From NCBI GenBank assembly GCA_964016885.1, contig OZ024759.1, positions 62,001-126,000 on the forward strand: DNA of 64,000 nt, in the 5' to 3' direction. The position numbers and the translations under genes were made by a program. The notes below the pieces were generated by a model, which was not told the DNA's origin, did not search any database, and was given only the letters and a program-made list of their open reading frames with translations. The number at the start of each line of letters is the position of its first letter. Positions within the stretch are counted from its first letter, which is position 1. The DNA is from Eledone cirrhosa (taxonomy: Eukaryota). Shown here in pieces: positions 12,361 to 25,095 of the stretch.

Positions 12361-13147
12361 ATCACATGAGAAACGGAGAATCACTGGTGCAACGAATTAA
12401 AATTTGTTAGACATATTACAATCGTTTCTCTGGCGACCAGCTCGAGGCACGATTGATGTGATGATCGAACCTGACTCTGAAATCGCAAGATCCTCAGATA
12501 CGTCTCGATCTTTCGAAGCAGAGTTTCCAAATGACCTGTTAATCCATGGTGTGCGTAAGCGCAATACATATGGGCACGTATACACACACAACAATCATAC
12601 ACACCTGCAACTGTATTATATACAAAAATCACAGTAAATATTAAATGTGCAGCGAATACTTAGAAAGACTTTACAAAAAAACATAGAAAAACGTGGAAAA
12701 ACATGTCTGTACATATACTTGGAGAGATGCCTATATCAGTAAAAATTATACATACATATATATCTCCATACATATATATACACACACACATATAGAGGCG
12801 TATATATACAGTGCATACTGAAGGGTACAGTGAATACGTAGTAACTGCGCAGAAACTATATAAAGACATTTAACAACACTTGAAGAAGCCCTTAAAAAAA
12901 CCTTTAGAGCAATCCTCAAAAACTATGGAAAAACATTTTTTTTAAATGTTTAAAAAAACACACCTTAAAAATACCTTAAAAAACATATTTAAAAAATAAA
13001 CACTTTAAAAAAACATTTTAAAAAACGCTTGAAAGATCTCAAAAAATTATTTCAAAAGTATTTATGATAAATATACATATATATGCACACACACACACTG
13101 TACTCAGGAAAGCATATAAGACACATATACTTGAAACAATACATATG
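12361..13147 (-). repeat. Left arm of a long inverted repeat (PLE-type terminal repeat with hammerhead)
   Basis: Reverse complement of 14138-14202 + 14694-14744 + 17513-18409, lacking ~240 bp (about 17990-18228). Confidence 0.85.
12410..12504 (-). ncRNA. Type I hammerhead motif with extended stem II (inverted copy of 18266-18360)
   Basis: Near-identical reverse complement of 18266-18360. Confidence 0.75.
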
Positions 13148-14202
13148 GCGGAACAAGCTGAAATCAACGGCAGATCCAACGATACCTACCTCATTACGTA
13201 CCTTGGATAACACTGTCTCACCAACCTGGGGACGCCGATTCAATATAAGTCTGTTTTTGTTTCCAACCTTATCTGTGGTTTTGAATTTGAATATTTAATT
13301 TTTAATTTTTAATTTTTAATTTTTAATTTGCAACTTTAATGTTGGACTTGATGTTGGATTTAAGGTTAATGTTGAGATTAATTCTAACTTTGGTTGCCGT
13401 TGCCATATACATGCCTACAACACAAGCCATTGGTATATTCCATTTATGCATCCATTCCATGTACATTTCATATATACTGTTATGAAAAGGATATTCTACA
13501 CATTCCCGATATATATAATTTGTGTGTGTATACCTAGACGGTCCCCTGTGTCCACCAGTCATGAAACTTGTCTCATGTGCATGGTTGATGTGCAGGTTCT
13601 TACCCAGTCCCTTGGATCATTAGTTCTTCTGTATCTTATGTAACTCTATGCATCACAGTCTTTAAGTATTTTATGTAACTTTATGCACATCCCACTAATG
13701 TCCTGGTGGCTTGAACAGAGACCTTCTTTGCATCTTTTTCACGTATTTTATTTTATATATGTACACGCATTCATATATGTGCCCCCCATGTTATCTGTCT
13801 TTAGTACGTGGCTGCTACGTAATTCTTACATTTATCCATATTATGCACTTTCGGGCATATATGGCTTCCTGAATGTATTAGATTCCACGTCTCACAAAGG
13901 TTTTTTCATATAATGTTTTATGCGTCCTGTGCACATTTGCGTGTGTGTGTAGATATGTAGGTATTCATCAAGTATGTGTTTTTTAAGATGTATAAGCATG
14001 CCCATGTGCATGTGTATGCATGGGTACATATATGTATGTATACATGTGTGTGTGTATATATATATGTACATGTCTGTGTAAGTGTATGCATATGTATGTG
14101 TAGATTTTCCGTTTTTTCATCTGTATATATGTGCATGCATATGAATTATTTCAAGTATATGTGTCCTATATGCTTTCCTGAGTACAGTGTGTGTGTATAT
14201 AT

Positions 14203-14681
14203 CTATCTAGGGCGGGTAAAATTCCCGAGATCCATGGACGAGTTCTCTCCAGCGGTCTCTGTCCCTCATTATCGCTGCCATGTCCTGCATCTCCAACAGA
14301 CCAGTGTCTGTCCTTAGGGCATCAACATACGTTAACCTTGGTCTTCCTCTTCCTGTGTGTCCATGTAGGGGCTCCCACAGGAGCACTGAGTGCAATGTCA
14401 ACTCTGGATGTCGGTGAGCATGTCCAGCTAACCTCAGTCTCCTCTGTGTCACTTTTGAGCTGACTTTTTGGACTATTGTATGCGCCTTGCACTGGAGAAA
14501 CACCAGGACTCTGGCTTTCAGAGCAGGAGCGTTAAGGCGAAAAAGGTATCAGATGCTGAATTTGCTGACGACAGTTTTGGTGACAGATACAGTGAAGGAG
14601 GCAGAGGATTTGATGCAAGAGGTTGAGGCTGTGTCGATGAGTGTGGGGCTGAGAATGAATGAGAGTATAACAAAATATCTG
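14203..14681 (-). mobile_element. 5'-truncated, 5'-inverted RTE-type LINE
   Basis: Minus 14207-14480 is the C-terminus RRLRLAGH...GRGRPRLTY...DRDRWR. Plus 14480-14681 is the RT segment DAEFADD...VGLRMNESITKYL. Candidate TSD GTGTGTATATAT at 14191 and 14682. Confidence 0.75.
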
Positions 14682-14744
14682 GTGTGTATATATATGTATG
14701 TATATTTATCAGAAATACTTTTGAAATAATTTTTTGCGAGGGTC

Positions 14745-17508
14745 TGTAGTGACCCCTAGCATCCAGAACCAGAAGTAATGCCGCTAGCACTTTTCAGCGG
14801 TTCATAGACGAGGTCACTCGTGATCTGGACTTTGTTTATGCATATATAGATGATCTTCTCGTTGCTAGTTCCTCTCCAGAAGAGCATATGCGTCACCTGA
14901 ATCTTTTATTTTGCCGACTCTAGGATTACCGCGTTTGAGTGAATCCCGCAAAGTGTCTTTTCGGATCCGCTTCACTGAATTTTTTAGGTCACATCATCGA
15001 TGCCGAGGGTATTCGACCCCTTCCACAGCAAGTTAAGGCTTACAGGATTTACCTCCACCTACCTCACTTCGCCAGTTGCGTCACTTCCTAGGCCTAATTA
15101 ATTTTTATAGACATTTCGTTCCTTAATGTGCAAAATTACTGTTTTCCCTTACCGAGATTTTGAAAGATCGTCGTAAGAAGAATGAGGATATTTCCTTGAC
15201 ACAAGGACAACTCAAAGATTTCCAGACTGCCAAGACAGCACTTGCTAATTCATCTTTGCTAGCCCACCCAGTACCAGAGGCCAAGCTTTTTTCGCTCTGT
15301 GTCGATGCATCTGATACCGCTGTGGGAGCAGTTTTACTACAGTATAACGCTGAAAACTAACAACCTTTGGCATTTTTCTCCAGGAAGCTGAAACCGGCAG
15401 AAACTCGTTACAGCACGTTTGGTCGGGAGTTATTAGCCATATATCTGTCAGTGAAACATTTTCTCATATTCTTGAGGGAAGAAAGTTTACGGTTTTCACT
15501 GACCACAAACCTCTGACCTTTGCTTTGAGGGCTAAAGCCGACAAATATTCGCCCAGAGAGACAAGGCACCTCGATTACATTTCGCAGTTTACCAATGATA
15601 TCCAGCACATTGCTGGCTCAATAAATACAGCTGCAGACGCCTTGTCACGCTTGCCAATTAGCTTGATTTCATCATCCCAGGAGATAGATTTAAGTCGTTT
15701 GGCAGCAGACCAACCTGCACTCGAATCGTTGGATACTCAATCAGCCGAATTTGCGACTTGCAACCTGAAATATCTGCCCTTGTGGACTATCGACAGGCAG
15801 ATTCTCTGTGACGTATCTACGGATTCACCACAACCTTATGTTCTCGAGACACACTGTCGAATTGTGTTCCTTGCTTTGCACAGCATTTCTCACCCAGGAT
15901 TTTCAGCCACAGTAAAGCTCATAATGGCTAGATTTTTCTGGCCCAATATGAGGCGAGAAATTATTGCTTGGTGCCGTTCCTGCATACAGTGTCAAAAATC
16001 TAAAGTCCACAGACACATCCGGACTCTACTTGATACTTTCAGCACCCCGGATGCTCATTTTCGACACATCCGCATCGATATCGTTGGACCTTGGCCAGTC
16101 AGTAGTGGATATTCTTACCTTTTGACCTGCATTGATCGTTTTTTGCGATGGCCTGAAGCCATCCCCTTAAAGGACATTACCGCCGAGACGATAGCGCGTG
16201 CCCTGGTATCAGGGTGGATTGCCCGCTATGGCGTGCCAACCACAATTACTACAGACCGTGGTAGGCAATTTGAATCACATCTTTTCTCGGAGTTAACAAA
16301 AATTATTGCTGCTCAACGCATTCGGACCACATCTTATCATCCTGCTTGAAACGGAATGGTGGAGCATTTTCACCGCCATTAAAGGCCGCTCTTCGTGCCT
16401 ATCCAGACTCTCTACATTGGAGCGAGTACCTTCCTATTGTGTTGTTAGGAATTCGGTCTTCAATAAAGGAGGACCTTGGGTTCTCCCCGGCTGAATTATT
16501 GTATCGTTGCCTGGGCAAATGCTGGCCCCTGTTGATCTTGCTATTCAAGACCCTCTTTCCTATGTATCTCGTTTGCGCTCGTATTTTCAGGACTTACCGC
16601 CTATGGATACCAGGAAACAAACTATTAAAATTACAGTCCCGAGGGATATTGCCTCGTGGACACATGTCTTTGTCAGAAACGACGCTGTTAGTCCACCTCT
16701 CACACAACCGTACTCTGGACCCTACCGTGTGTTAGCACATACTGACAAACATTTCACTGTAGACATTAAGGGATCCAGCGAGACAATTTTGGTTGATAGA
16801 CTAAAAAGGGCATACACAGATGCTCATACACCTGAGCCACAAATACCCCAATCTTTCTCTATTGTACATACATCTGCACCTTCTGCCCCACCTTCACCTC
16901 CATACAAGACCATGACCCGTTCTGGTCGAAGAGTCCACTGGCCCAAAAAACTCTGTCAAACAGTTTTCATCTGAACTGGCCACTCTGGAGCCTTTTCTTT
17001 TTTCTTTTTCCTTGTATTGTGTATGCATGTACCTTTTTTTTGTTTCATACCTTTGCTTTGATCCCATTCTTGCGGGTTCGCTAAAATTACCTTCGGGTTG
17101 TTCGCCTATCGTCTGGAGGAGGGTGTTGTAGTGACCCCTAGCGTCGAGAACCAGAAGTAATGAGAGTTATGTCTCATGGGGACTATAAATTGAGAGACAA
17201 GGTGCCCGTCCTCTTACAAAGCCAGCAGTCCTGGAGTTAAGATGTAACTTTGCCTTCTCCCACTTTTAGTTCACCCACACCACGTGGAGTGAATATATTA
17301 AGAGCAACTCTCTCACTAACTATGGTCGTAGACTACAGCAGCCTCATGAACAAACAACGAATAACATTGACAACCTTCGCAACTCATGGTAATATGTTTA
17401 TTGTTCTTTTTCACTCAAGTGAAGTAAACCTTTATATATAGAGAAAAATCATTTATTCTTGTTATTTCATCTAACAACCATGTTAATCCCATCTAACTAT
17501 TTCTTAAA
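14745..17508 (+). mobile_element. Gypsy LTR retrotransposon, internally deleted and degenerate (RT C-half, RNase H, integrase)
   Basis: [28 protein letters not shown]...[20 protein letters not shown] at ~17113-17124. 3' LTR 17127-17508; only ~36 bp of the 5' LTR remain. TSD GGTC at 14741 and 17509. Confidence 0.92.
17127..17508 (+). repeat. 3' LTR (382 bp, TG...AA termini)
   Basis: Begins TGTAGTGACCCCTAGC as at 14745; ends TTAAA before the TSD. Confidence 0.8.
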
Positions 17509-18265
17509 GGTCCTTCAAGCGTTTTTTAAAATGTTTTTTTTTAAGTGTTTTTTTTTAAATGTGTTTTTTAAGGTATTTTTAAGGTGTGTTTTTTTAAACA
17601 TTTTTAAAAAATGTTTTTCCATAGTTTGTGAGGATTGCTCTAAAGGTTTTTTTAAGGGCTCCTTCAAGTGTTGTTAAATGTCTTTATATAGTTTCTGTGC
17701 AGATACTACATATTCACTGTACCCTTCAGTATGCACTGTATATATACGCCTCTATATGTGTGTGTGTATATATATGTATGGAGATATATATGTATGTATA
17801 ATTTTTACTGATATAGGCATCTCTCCAAGTATATTTACAGACATGTTTTTCTAAGTTTTAAAACAATTTTTTCTAAGTATTCGCTGCACATTTAATATTT
17901 ACTGTGATTTTTGTATATAATACAGTTGCAGGTGTGTATGATTGTTGTGTGTGTATACGTGCCCATATGTATCACGCCTGCGTGAAACATGGATACGTGT
18001 GTGGGTGTCTACAGGCAGAGATGGCTGCGGCAGTGCGCGGGCGTTTCACTCATACAGCCCCTTACCTCCTACAGCAGTAATTCCGCTAAAAGGACCAACT
18101 TTGGTTGACAGATGACATATGAATGGAACGAGAAAAATGGACGGCCATGAGTGGTCAGAAGTACCAATGACGTGTACAATTCTTGACCACTCATCGACCA
18201 ACGAGAACAGGATAGAAACTGGCGGGATTAACTGGACATTTGGAAACTCTGCTTCGAAACATCGA

Positions 18266-18360
18266 GACGTATCTGAGGATCTTGCGATTTCAGAGTCAGG
18301 TTCGATCATCACATCGATCGTGCCTCGAGCTGGTCGCCAGAGAAACGATTGTAATATGTC
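18266..18360 (+). ncRNA. Type I hammerhead motif with ~60-nt extended stem II
   Basis: Stem I GACGTAT/ATATGTC (one G.U), CTGAGGA (18273), stem II TCT-T-GCGA...TCGC-C-AGA, GAAA (18342), stem III AC-GATT-GT, cleavage triplet GTA. Confidence 0.8.
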
Positions 18361-18679
18361 TAATAAATCTTATTTGTCGCACCACTGATTCTCTGTTTCT
18401 TATGTGATATTATACTCTGCTCTGTAAGAGCATCGATGCTCAAACGGCCTACCGCATACTTTAAGCATCCCACAATCCCACACCAATTATATATATATAT
18501 ATATATACACACACATATACACATAAATATACATATACATATGTACACGCATACATACATATACATAAACACCCACACACACATATATATATAAATCCAC
18601 ACATGCAAAACAAATATAATACATGTACATACACATACACGTATACCCATCCATCCACACAGACACGCACCCCCCCCCC

Positions 18680-18720
<41 letters not shown>

Positions 18721-18756
18721 TACACAAAAATACAATATACACATAAATATACATAA

Positions 18757-20977
18757 ATCATCATCATCATCATCATTTTACGTCCGCTCTTCCCTGCTTT
18801 CAAGGGTGGGACGGGTCTTATTCAGCACAGCATCTCTCCACTTGTCACAGACCTTCATCATCTCCACCGTGAGCTTCAGCGATCTGAGGTCTGTTCTCAC
18901 CACCTCCATCCATGTTTTCGTGGTCTACTTTACCACGTCTTCCTTCAACTGGCATTTCCTGGCACATCTTCACCTATCGGTCATCCTCCATGCACATCAC
19001 ATGTCCATACCATCGCAGTCTCCTCTCCCGTACACTACATTCTATCCCTCTCAGACACAGTTTCTCTCTCAACACATCCATGCTGGGTCGTTCACGCACA
19101 TTTACACTGCACATCCAACGGAGTATGCTTGCCTTATTTCTCTCCAGCCATAGCATATCCTCTGCAGTTGCTGCCCATGTCTCACTACCATGCAGCATCG
19201 CGCTCCTCACACAGGCATCATATAACCGGCCTTTGTAAGCAGGGAGAAACCCTTCTACTGTCTAATTTCCTTGTACATCTACTGCATACATATTTCTCCC
19301 TACCTGTTAGTTTGCCTGCTATCTCGCTACATCTCTTGTGTACCCAGGATCTGCATTGTGTGCATTTTATAGAATTTATGCCAGTTCCTTTTCTGCATAT
19401 CGAACATGGCCTGACGGAATCAGAGTTTTGTCCTCTTTTCTACTCATCAACACTTTTGTCTTAGCTAGGTTCACTCTCAGTCCTCTTGCTTCCAACTGCT
19501 GTTTCCATAGCCAGAATTTATTCTCTAGCTCCTCTACTGATTCTGCCATAAGAACCAGATCATCAGCATAGAGAAGTTCCCATGGACAGCCAATCTTAAA
19601 CTCCTCTGTTATGGCTTGGAGGACTATAATGAACAAGAGCGGACTGAGGACCGAACCTTGATGTATTCCTACTTGTATCTGGAATTCCTCACTAAACTCC
19701 ATTCCTACCCTGACTTTACTGACAGTACCTCTATACAAAGTTTGCACTGTCCTCTAAGCCATTCCTCAACACATAGTTTCCTTAGAGACCACCAGATGAC
19801 AGATCGGGGTACCCTATCAAAGGCCTTCTCTAGGTCAACAAAGGCTAAGTATAGTGGCTTATTCTTCTCTAAGAACCTCTCTTGTAGTTGTCTCACCAAG
19901 AAGAGGGCATCTGTTGTACTCTTCCCAGGCACAAAACCAAGCTGCATCTCATCTAGTTTGACCCTTTCTCTAATTAGTTGTGCTAATATCCTTTCTGCCA
20001 CTTTCATAACCTGATCCATCAATTTTATACCCCTATAATTGTTCCTTTCCAGAGCATCCCCTTTACCTTTGTAGCAATTTATGAGAATACTGCTGCACCA
20101 GTCTTTGGGTATGACACCACCATATATAGCCTGATTGATGATGCGTGTAACTAGTTTAGTGCCTACGTCCCCTGATACCTTCATCATCTCAGCAACTATC
20201 CCCAATGGTCCAGCAGCCTTACCATTTTTCATTTCCTTAATCGCCTCTTGGACCCTATATTCATCAATTTCAATAGCTGGTGGTCCCTCTGTCGGATCTA
20301 CTGAGGGTAATTTCTCTCTCTCCCATTCATTCTCCACATTCATCAGTCTCTCATAATGACATTTCCACGCCTCTGATCTTCCTGCCGCAGAACATTGGCA
20401 AACCTCCTACTCTCGGCCTCCCTGCGTACTAAGTACACCTGATGTCTAGCTTCTCTCTTAGCGGCTGTATATTCTTCCCTACTCCCACCCTTTTTCCAAG
20501 CCTTCCATGCCAGTCTTTTGTCTCTAATGGCCTTATCTACTGTGCTGTTCCACCAGCAGGTCACTCTCTGTCTGGTTGGAGCTCTGCTCCAGCCACAAGT
20601 TTCATCAGTAGCCTGCAGTAAGTTGTCACGTAAGAAATTCCAGTTATTATCTATGTCATACGACTCTAAATCGTCTTCTTTTTCGTCATACACATCTTGA
20701 AGGGCTTTCCTAAATTTGTATTTTAGTGAAAGGTTTTTTAGCTTCCAGACCTTTCTTCTCTACACCTTCCTGTATGTCTCATTCCATCTCTTGCTTACTG
20801 AGATATCACTAACGACTAACCTATACTGTGGGGTACATCCTTTCCCAGGGTATGCCTTAGTATTTAACACCATCTGCCTGTCCCGCTGCCTAACTAGTAA
20901 GAAATCAATCTGGCTTATGTGCTCGCCAGATTTGTAGGTTATTAGGTGGTTGGCAGGTTTCTGGAAGTTAGTGTTGC
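18757..20977 (-). mobile_element. RTE LINE, 5'-truncated, degenerate
   Basis: APE end (TYKSGEHISQIDFLL), RT (KGKGDALERNNYRGIKL, FVDLEKAFDRV, HQGSVLSP, LLYADD), C-terminus RRLRWYGHV, (ATG)n tail at 18757. Confidence 0.92.
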
Positions 20978-21591
20978 AAATATACATATATACATACATA
21001 CACATAACCCACATATACGAATGTAAATATACATACACAAACACGAAATACACATATACACATAACCATATACACACATACCAGTATATATAATATATAC
21101 ACCTATATAACATATACAATCATATATATGTACGATAAAGTATACGTACCTCCACAAACATACGGGTAAGGTATACTTTATTCTTAACTCTGAAGTTGAG
21201 AATCATTCGGTTTCCTAAATAGAATTTTAGTCTACGACTTCAGTTATACCATAAACGTGGTTTTGTTTTCCGTGTAATTGTTCTCATCGGTCCACATAAT
21301 GACGTATTATCTTCGCTTTTTTCCGTCTATTGCTAGAGAATGTCTTCACGAACCAAAGTATCGTCTTCCTGTTTTCCCTCGGTTTGAAATATTTACTTCT
21401 GCGTTCACAGATTGATTTTTTTTAGTTTCAGAAGGTCCCGTTAAGGGTGAAAGCAGCAATTTTTTGTTTAAACTTTAATCTGTTATTTTAATAAATATTC
21501 GCTCTAGTGTTCTTATATATTTGATATATATTTATCCTTATTGAGCCCTCTTTGGATTTTAGTCTTTGCATTTATTATTATTACTATATAT

Positions 21592-21947
21592 GGAGGCACA
21601 TGGCCTTGCAATCGAAAGGTTGTGAGTTCAATTCTAAGACCAGGTGATGTGTTGTTTCCTTGAGCAAGACACTTTATTTCACATTGCTCCAGTTTACTCA
21701 GCTGTAGAAATGAGATGATAGGGACTGGGGTCCCTATCATTCCACTGCAAAGTGGTCGTGGAGGTGTCACGGCAAAAAAGCACCCAGCCCACACTGTAAA
21801 GTGGTTGTGTAGGCACCATGGAAAAAAAAGCACCCAGCACTCACTGTAAATGAGGTTGGTGTTAGGAAGGGCATCCAGCTGTAGAAATCAAGCCAGAATC
21901 AGTTTCCGTCCCACCCTTGCAAGCAGGGCAAAGTGGACATAAAAGGA

Positions 21948-21950
<3 letters not shown>
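21592..21950 (+). mobile_element. SINE family A copy (A-box region deleted)
   Basis: High similarity to 4068-4414. Confidence 0.85.
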
Positions 21951-22008
<58 letters not shown>

Positions 22009-22123
22009 TAAAAATAGACCGAGAAACAAGAATGTCCTTCATTAGTAGCCTGCTGATTCTTGTTTCTCAGTCTATTTTTATTCATATGTTCATATTCGCA
22101 ACAACGCAGCACGCCATTTTTGA

Positions 22124-22171
<48 letters not shown>

Positions 22172-22174
<3 letters not shown>

Positions 22175-22350
22175 GTTTCTACGTTAGGCACAAGGCCAGC
22201 AATTACCCAGTGCATTACTGGTACTTTATTTTATATATATATAATTGTTTCTACTTTAGGCACAAGGCCAGCAATTACCCAGTGCATTACTGGTACTTTA
22301 TTTTATCGACCCCGTAAGGATGAAAGGCAAAGTTAACCTCGGCGGGATTT
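22172..22350 (-). mobile_element. SINE family B 3' fragments, partly tandem-duplicated
   Basis: Two copies of TTGTTTCTAC..AGGCACAAGGCCAGCAATTACCCAGTGCATTACTGGTACTTTATTTTA. Confidence 0.8.
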
Positions 22351-22420
22351 TATATATATATAATGGCGATGAATTTGTTTTGCGAGGTTTTTGATATGAA
22401 ATCGTGTGTCGAAACAAATA

Positions 22421-24583
22421 TTGTATGGGCTCCGCAAAGACCATAAGACAGTCGACGACCCGACAACAGGACCACCAACAAGACCTGTATGCGGAGCCAA
22501 TATCGCTAGTAACTACAGGATCTCCTACTTCCTCTCAATGGTTATATGCCCCACAATCAAGATGTCCCCAGATGTATGTGACAGTACAGAGGACCTCCTC
22601 AGCAGAATCAATGAATGCAACAAAAACAAAAACCTATCTAACTGCATAATAGGCAATATGGACGTGGTATCACTGTACCCATCCATTAACATTGATTTTG
22701 CTGTGGAAAAAGGTGTGGAGATGATCAGTGAGAGTGAGATGGAGTTCTGGGACGTCGACACAGACGAACTAAGCCTCCTACTTAGACTTACCTATGACAC
22801 TGACTACCTAGACAGCCATGACCTTAGCCGTTTCTGCCCCATAGGGGATAGTGTTAAAACTACCCTAAAGGGCCACATATTCAAATTCAACGAGAAGATC
22901 TACACCCAAAATGAGGGAGCAGCCATTGGCGTCAGCATAGCTGGTGACGTTGCCAACCTTTTTATGGTATGGTGGGAAGGGAGATTCAAAGATCTTGATG
23001 AGAGCTCCATAGACCTCATCATGTACTCTCGTTACGTAGACGATATTAATATAGTAATAAGAACACCCCCACAAGAGAGTACTAACAAATATGATTTAGA
23101 ATGTAGCACAATGGAAAGCATCCAGCAGATAGCTAATTCCATACACCAGAGTATAACTGTAACTATCGACTACCCTTCCAAACACCCTAACAATAGACTA
23201 CCTGTATTAGACATGGAACTCTGGATTAACACTATAGACGAGAGGGCCCAAATTCTCCACTCACACTACACTAAACCCATGGCCTCCAAATACCTGATGC
23301 TCAAAAACTCTGCAATGTCCAGTAGTGCTAAGTTTAATGTTCTGATCGCAGACTTGTTCCGCACGTGCAACCCAACAGAAATGGAAAGACACATCCAACA
23401 CTTCATCAACCGCATGCAGTTCTCTGGCTACAACCAAAGAGACAGAATCAGAGTATACAAAGGAGCCACAGAGAAGTATAAGACCCTCATAGAACTGGAC
23501 ATGAAAGGAATTTGCCCATTATGTAGGAGCAAATCATGGAATAGCTTAGATTCATAAGATAGGGAAACATAAGATAGGGAAAGCCACCGCATGGTACGAC
23601 AACCAGAGATACCAGTGTCATGTTCGTGGACACTACCCCTGGAGGGAAATTAGCTAACCAGTGTAGAAAGGCTCTGAGAAAGACCCACTTAAAGATTAAG
23701 ATGGTAGAAAAGCCAGGATCTACCATAAAATCCCTGATCAGCAAAACATACCCTTTTAAGAAAACCCACTGTACTAATAGGAAATGTATTATATGTAAAG
23801 TAAACCACCAGATAAACTGTAAAACTAGAAATGTAGTCTATAGCATAAGATGTACAGAGGGTACTTGCAGAAACATGACAACAACATACATAGGCGAGAC
23901 AGCTCGTAGCATAGGTGAAAGGATAGACCAACACTGGGGGGAACTAAAAGGACGAAAAACGGTTCAGTACTATACGAACACGCCAGACAACAACATGACA
24001 GTAACATAGACAATATAGAAATTAGAATAATATCTAAACATAGAAATGACCCAGCAGATAGGCAAATCAGAGAGGCAAGTGAAATAGAACTTAGAAGGCC
24101 AAAACTAAACAGAAAAAAATGAATGGAATAACAACAACACCCAAACAAACAATACTGACCTAAGAGAAATATAAATAAATAAATAAATAAATATATACAC
24201 AAGCACAATAACAATAAACATATATAAGCACACACTAGTAAACTAAGATAGAATACAATAACCAAAACACAGTCACCTAAATGCGAACACACACCAAACA
24301 CTATGCACACATGCAAATGCATGCGCAGAGAAAACAAAAATAAATAAATAAGTAAACAGATTAAATAAAGATGACGTAAATATACAATACAACAGGAGGA
24401 ACATAATAGCACCACTGACGATGTTGCAGATGTGCAACGAAAGAACTTTGTTAGACTATATATATGTGTTTATATCTATATTATATCTGTATTTTTGACC
24501 ATTGGTCAGTCAATGGTAAACATTGAGGACTGAATGAATTAACTGATATAAAAGATACAGAAGCGAAAACCAACCAAACAGTG
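22421..24583 (+). mobile_element. Penelope-like element, 5'-truncated, frameshifted (RT + GIY-YIG + 3' repeat with hammerhead)
   Basis: LYGLRKDHK, RPVCGA, MDVVSLYPSI, GAAIG, YSRYVDDI, LPVLDM, HYTKPMAS; then C..KC.IC, NCKTRNVVYSIRC...YIGETARSIGER, and PKLN. Confidence 0.9.
24411..24452 (+). ncRNA. Minimal type I hammerhead motif downstream of the PLE ORF
   Basis: CTGACGA-T-GTTGCA-GATG-TGCAAC-GAAAGAACTT-TG. Perfect 6-bp stem II; same GAAAGAACTTTG as 10131-10173; weak stem I. Confidence 0.6.
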
Positions 24584-24587
24584 AGTG

Positions 24588-25095
24588 TTTAGGAGATTAG
24601 TATCAGTGTATATATATATATACATATATATTATCAAGAATGACAATAAATGCAGGTGAGTGTTGTGGCATGGTTTTAGAAGTAAAATAAATTAATATAA
24701 ATAATTGTTACCACATGTAGATGTTCAGTTGGTCATAACTCCCAGACCGGAGTGTGTAGAGAAGAACAGAAATCTTCTCTTGGAGGTGTTCAAGTATTTC
24801 TTTAGGCTGCTGGTGTTCTTCTTGCGGGCGAAGGAAGTGAGACAGGAGTCATCTCTTGACAAGGTCTCAGGTGTTCTTGTCCCTTCGAAGTTCAGGATGC
24901 GAGAGAGGCTTGTGCCTTGATAGTCCTCAAATATATAGTCCCCAGGGGGACGCAACTCCATTTAGTACATGAATCTGCCAATGGGAGTCGCGCCCGTCGC
25001 AAAGGAACGTAACTCCTCTACGTGGTGAGTTACGACCGTCGTAAAGGGACGCCACTCCCATACGTGCTGAGTCACAGCCGTAAGGGGCCGCTACA
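24588..25095 (-). repeat. 3' LTR
   Basis: Direct repeat of 29186-29703 with small indels. Confidence 0.92.

Noticed and set aside
18422-18455. GAGCATCGATGCTC palindrome followed by AAACGGCC as a hammerhead
   Set aside because: Both core segments deviate (CTGTAA, no GAAA); at best a decayed relic.
21428-21460. CAGAAGG-TCCC-GTTAA-GGGT-GAAAGC as a hammerhead (also ~30975-31003, minus)
   Set aside because: Core begins CAGA, not CTGA, in both copies, and no stem I pairing was found.
22406-24420. Selenocysteine-coding (Naiad-type) PLE
   Set aside because: No in-frame TGA at cysteine positions and no SECIS-like stem recognisable by eye. A SECIS search on the family consensus would be needed.
24705-24961. 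ORFs conserved in two places (also 29310-29569)
   Set aside because: They lie in the two LTRs of one element; identity reflects LTR duplication.
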